Shown in pieces: positions 16,770 through 20,000 of a DNA stretch of 20,000 bases (within the stretch, counting starts at the first letter, position 1; every line of letters begins with the position of its first letter). Source of the stretch: Balamuthia mandrillaris (taxonomy: Eukaryota); contig JAVKOQ020000076.1 of NCBI GenBank assembly GCA_031835245.2, positions 178,889-198,888 of the forward strand, written 5' to 3'. The position numbers were made by a program, and so were the translations under genes. Under the pieces are notes generated by a model. The model did not search any database. It was not told the origin of the DNA and saw only the letters and a list, made by a program, of their open reading frames with translations.

Positions 16770-18188
16770 ATGATGGAGGAGGAGGAGGAAGCCTTGCGCG
16801 TACGGCAAGAGGAGCGAGGTGGCGCTAACAGCAACCACAACACAAGGCCCTTGCAGAATGTAACACTGCTGCTGCATCGTCGCCGACGTTGAACGAACTT
16901 CCTGAGGAGATTTTGTTGCACGTGCTACGCTTTATGGCTATCCGTGATCTTGCCGCTGCTTCTCTGCTCAACAGAACTTTTTACAGGTTTGGCTGTTTCT
17001 CCCCTCTTCTTCTTCTTGCCTCTTCTTATCGTTAATGCATGCAAACGAACAGAATCGCAAGTGATATCTCTCTTTGGCGTCCCATTTTTGAGAGAGATTG
17101 GAAGACAGAGGCGGATCTAGTGCTTCCACAAAGCCCTTCATCTTCTTCTTCATCTTCTTCATCATCATCTTCTTCTTCTTCATCTTCTTCATCAGCATTA
17201 CCTTCTTCATCTTCTTCTTCTTTGTGTAAAGCAACCAAACGGCGAAGCAACAACGCCTGGCTCGCACCAGAAACAGAGCAAAAAGGAGAAACCGATAGCA
17301 GTGTAACTCTGCCTCTCAAAGGAACCACGCCACCAAGAGAGGAGGCGGAAGAGGTTGTCCTTCCGGAGGAAGAGGCTAGGCTGGGATCTACCACAGCCAT
17401 GAGGGCGGAGGACGAAGAAGAAGAGTTCAATGAAGGCAAGCGGTGGAAAGAGGAATATGCCAAGCTCTTTACCTGTGCGTTGTTTTGTTGTTTCACGTTT
17501 CGCTCTCCTTCTTCTAACTTTTGTTCTTTTGCTGAGCAGCTCAAATTAAGTATGAGCCGCCCATACTGAGCGACTATGTGCATCGCTACCAGAACTATGG
17601 GCAAGGAGCTTTGTTCCTGGTCATCACGCCCTGCGTGGTTGCCATTGTTGCTGCCGTATTCTTCCACTCACCCATTCAACCAAGTTCACAGTGCGCCTTT
17701 CTCTCTTTTCCTTCCTTCCGTCGTGGTTGCTCCTTTTCTTGTTTTCATTCTTTCTGTTTTTCTTGTCTTTCTTTTTTTTTTTATTCTTTGGCTCTGTTCT
17801 TCCTTTCTTGCTTCCTCCATTCTTTGTTCTTGTTTTTTGCAATGGTACTCATGCACTCTCTTCCACTTGTTTTATACACGTTAGTAATGTTCACTGCAAC
17901 GACTTCTTCTGCCTGCTGGTGATTCTGGTCGGCTTTCTCATCCTCAAGGTCTACGAAGTGGTGATGGTCTTTTTGGGCAAGGCTCTGTTCGGCTGGAAGT
18001 TGGATTTGGAGAATCACAAGACGACGGCTTTGCTGCTGGGCTCCTTCACTCTGACCTTTGTCTTCTTTTTGGGAGCCGTCGTCGGCGCGCTGTACCTGCT
18101 GTTTCTGTACCATCGAAAGCACAAAGCCGCCTATTTGCAGAAACGACAGAGGCTAATCTCTCGTTTGGATTCTTCGCTAACCACTTAA
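16770..18188 (+). CDS. F-box protein with three C-terminal transmembrane helices, 4 exons; 5' end out of frame as given
   Basis: F-box TLNELPEEILLHVLRFMAIRDLAAASLLNRTFYR|IASDISLWRPIFERDW. Exons ?-16986, 17053-17474, 17540-17690, 17885-18188 join in frame. The F-box-associated WKEEY motif is followed by hydrophobic segments ALFLVITPCVVAIVAAVFF, FFCLLVILVGFLILKVYEVVMVFL and ALLLGSFTLTFVFFLGAVVGALYLLFLY. The F-box frame has a TAA at 16826 and no ATG before the F-box; the ATG at 16770 is one base off. Confidence 0.78.
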
Positions 18189-18286
18189 TCCTCTTTCTTT
18201 CTTCTCTCTTTATGCTTTCTTCCTTTGCATTTGTTTTTGTAGATAAACCCAGACAAAGCATTTGTTTCTCACGAGTTTCTTCGTTT

Positions 18287-19243
18287 TCAAATGGAAGAAG
18301 TAACAGGATCCAAAATGCTTATTCCATCGTCAAACTCCATCTTGAAGGGACGGAAGAAAGCTTCCTCCTCCTCTGTTACGGATTGTTGTTGTTGCTGTTG
18401 CGCCTCTTCCACGACCGCTCTTGCTTTTGTCAAGTCCGGCAAAGCCGACACCATCAGTGGATGCTCCGCCGCCCAATCCCTTAGTGCTGTTTGGACACAC
18501 GCTAATCAAATGAGAAACGAGAAAGAGAGAGAGAGAGAAGCGATGGAAGAAGAAGAAGAGATGAGAAGGAGAGAAGGAATATGGCAGAAAAGGAAAAAGC
18601 ACAAGACGTACGTTCGTACATGGTGGAATGTTTCATGTCCAAGGACTTGGTGATAAAGTACTCGTCAACCATCTGGCGTACAGAGTTTCGTGCCGTCGCG
18701 TGCAGTCTTTGCATCGTCCTTTCATCCGACTGCACCAATGCTTCTTTCATTTTCAGGCATCTGTGATATGCCCTTTCCATCAACTTTTGGTGGTGGGAAA
18801 GCAAAGAGTAAAGAACGAGTTCAGAAGAAGGAGAGAAATGAAGGGAAAAGGTACATCGTAAGCATTGTTCCTGCGTATCTTTGGATTCGGCCGAATACGT
18901 TGTTTCCAGCGATGATGCCTGTTCTTATTCTTCGCTTTTTGAATCCGTTGATAAGTCCAATCTATGACCCGTTTTGCATTCGGTCTGTTCAGAAGAATAA
19001 GGCCTAAAGTCACTTGATCTTTGCGAAGAGTTAAGTTCTCCACGTTAGCCATGTTTTGCCGTTGTAGTTGTTGGAGTTGTTGTTGTGAGAGTTGTTGGAG
19101 TGATTGCTGTTGCTGCTGGAAGAGGAGAAGGGGTTGCTCGTAGTTATCTTCAAGCAGCAACTCGAATAGTAATTGAGGAGATTTTGATGTTGGAAGGTAT
19201 ATAAGACCTGCCTTAAGTAGCATGAAAAGTCAACAACTAAATC

Positions 19244-19298
<55 letters not shown>

Positions 19299-19896
19299 TA
19301 AAGAGAACGAAAGTATAGAAAAAAGCAAAAAAAGTAATGAGACGCTATAGACCTGCTGCAAGGAGAGCATGGCTTGAGTGAATCGTCTAAGATCCAGCAC
19401 GTCGTCATCGTGGCCCTCTGGTTTTGGTATCGACTGCAACGCTCTATCTAGACCTGCTTTTACTACATAGCACCAAGCAAGTATGTGCACGCACATGCAT
19501 CAACGCAAGGTGAGAGACGATGGAGAGGGACGGAGGAAGAGAGACAGAGAGAAGAGAGAAGAGAGGAGAGAGGGGGGAGAGAGAGGGGAGAGGAAGGGAG
19601 AGAGAAATGACAAAGATAGTCGTACGTCTACGATGCTGCCTGGTATTCTCCAAAGATCGTATACTGCCAGCGGAAGCAGCAGCACTGCTGGAAGAAGCCA
19701 CAACGGGTATCTCGTTTGTATCCAACTCGGGTCTGGGACTAGAAAGCAGATCTTCTTCCATCATCAACTCTTGTTTTCTTCGTTTTTGTTTTTTCTTCTG
19801 CTTCTCCTTCATGTCGTTTCGTTTTTGCTTTTCGTACCTCCTCTTCCATCGTTTTATCTCCCTTTTCTCTTGAAACCTGGTCCAACTTTGTCCCAT
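18287..19896 (-). CDS. Hypothetical protein, about 369 aa, 5 exons, possible N-myristoylation signal (MGQSWT) followed by a basic region
   Basis: Exons 19896-19626, 19462-19353, 19211-18855, 18783-18612, 18486-18287 join in frame through GT-AG introns with CT-rich tracts. No family recognised. Confidence 0.65.
19246..19294. repeat. (GA)n microsatellite in an intron of the hypothetical gene
   Basis: Perfect GA tract inside intron 19352-19212. Confidence 0.95.
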
Positions 19897-20000
19897 CTTT
19901 GTTCTCTTCAGTCTTCTTCAACAAACATTTAAAGACTTTGATGTCTCTCTCGCCCTGAGAAAGGTGTGTTGTGTTAGTCACTGAAAAGCAGTGGAAGAAA

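Noticed and set aside
19739..19981. 80-aa minus-strand ORF following a TTTTCAG acceptor
   Set aside because: The overlapping MGQSWT frame splices into the downstream exons while this frame stops at 19739. The acceptor may belong to a 5'-UTR intron, but an upstream gene's last exon cannot be excluded at the window edge.

Overview
Gene-dense eukaryotic nuclear DNA with short GT-AG introns (mostly 64-250 nt, three expanded to 490-670 nt by simple repeats) and intergenic gaps often only 80-400 bp. The style (CT/GA microsatellite introns, RasGEF, GCPW-type ankyrin repeats) suggests a free-living amoeba such as Balamuthia or Acanthamoeba; this is inference only. Manual splicing gives 12 protein genes and one tRNA. 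In order: a C4C4 RING-finger gene running off the left edge (-); a 10-exon Aim32/Apd1-like sucrase/ferredoxin [2Fe-2S] protein (-); an 8-exon RasGEF (-); an EF-hand protein (+); a type-I membrane Kelch protein with DCxxNxxxDxC repeats (+); two tandem intronless secreted paralogs with hypervariable patches (-); tRNA-Asp(GTC) (-); a stand-alone Yvh1/DUSP12 zinc-binding domain (+); a cupin (-); a frameshifted F-box/ankyrin gene of giant-virus-like type (+); an F-box protein with three TM helices and a broken 5' frame (+); and a hypothetical MGQSWT protein (-). Most long ORFs in the supplied track (poly-E/K/F/S) are repeat-filled introns or antisense shadows. I cannot demonstrate a new multi-gene system. 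The best leads are the diversifying surface-protein pair, the Kelch/Cys-Asp receptor, the intronless genes around the tRNA, and a possible unannotated spliced transcript at about 15.9-16.6 kb.
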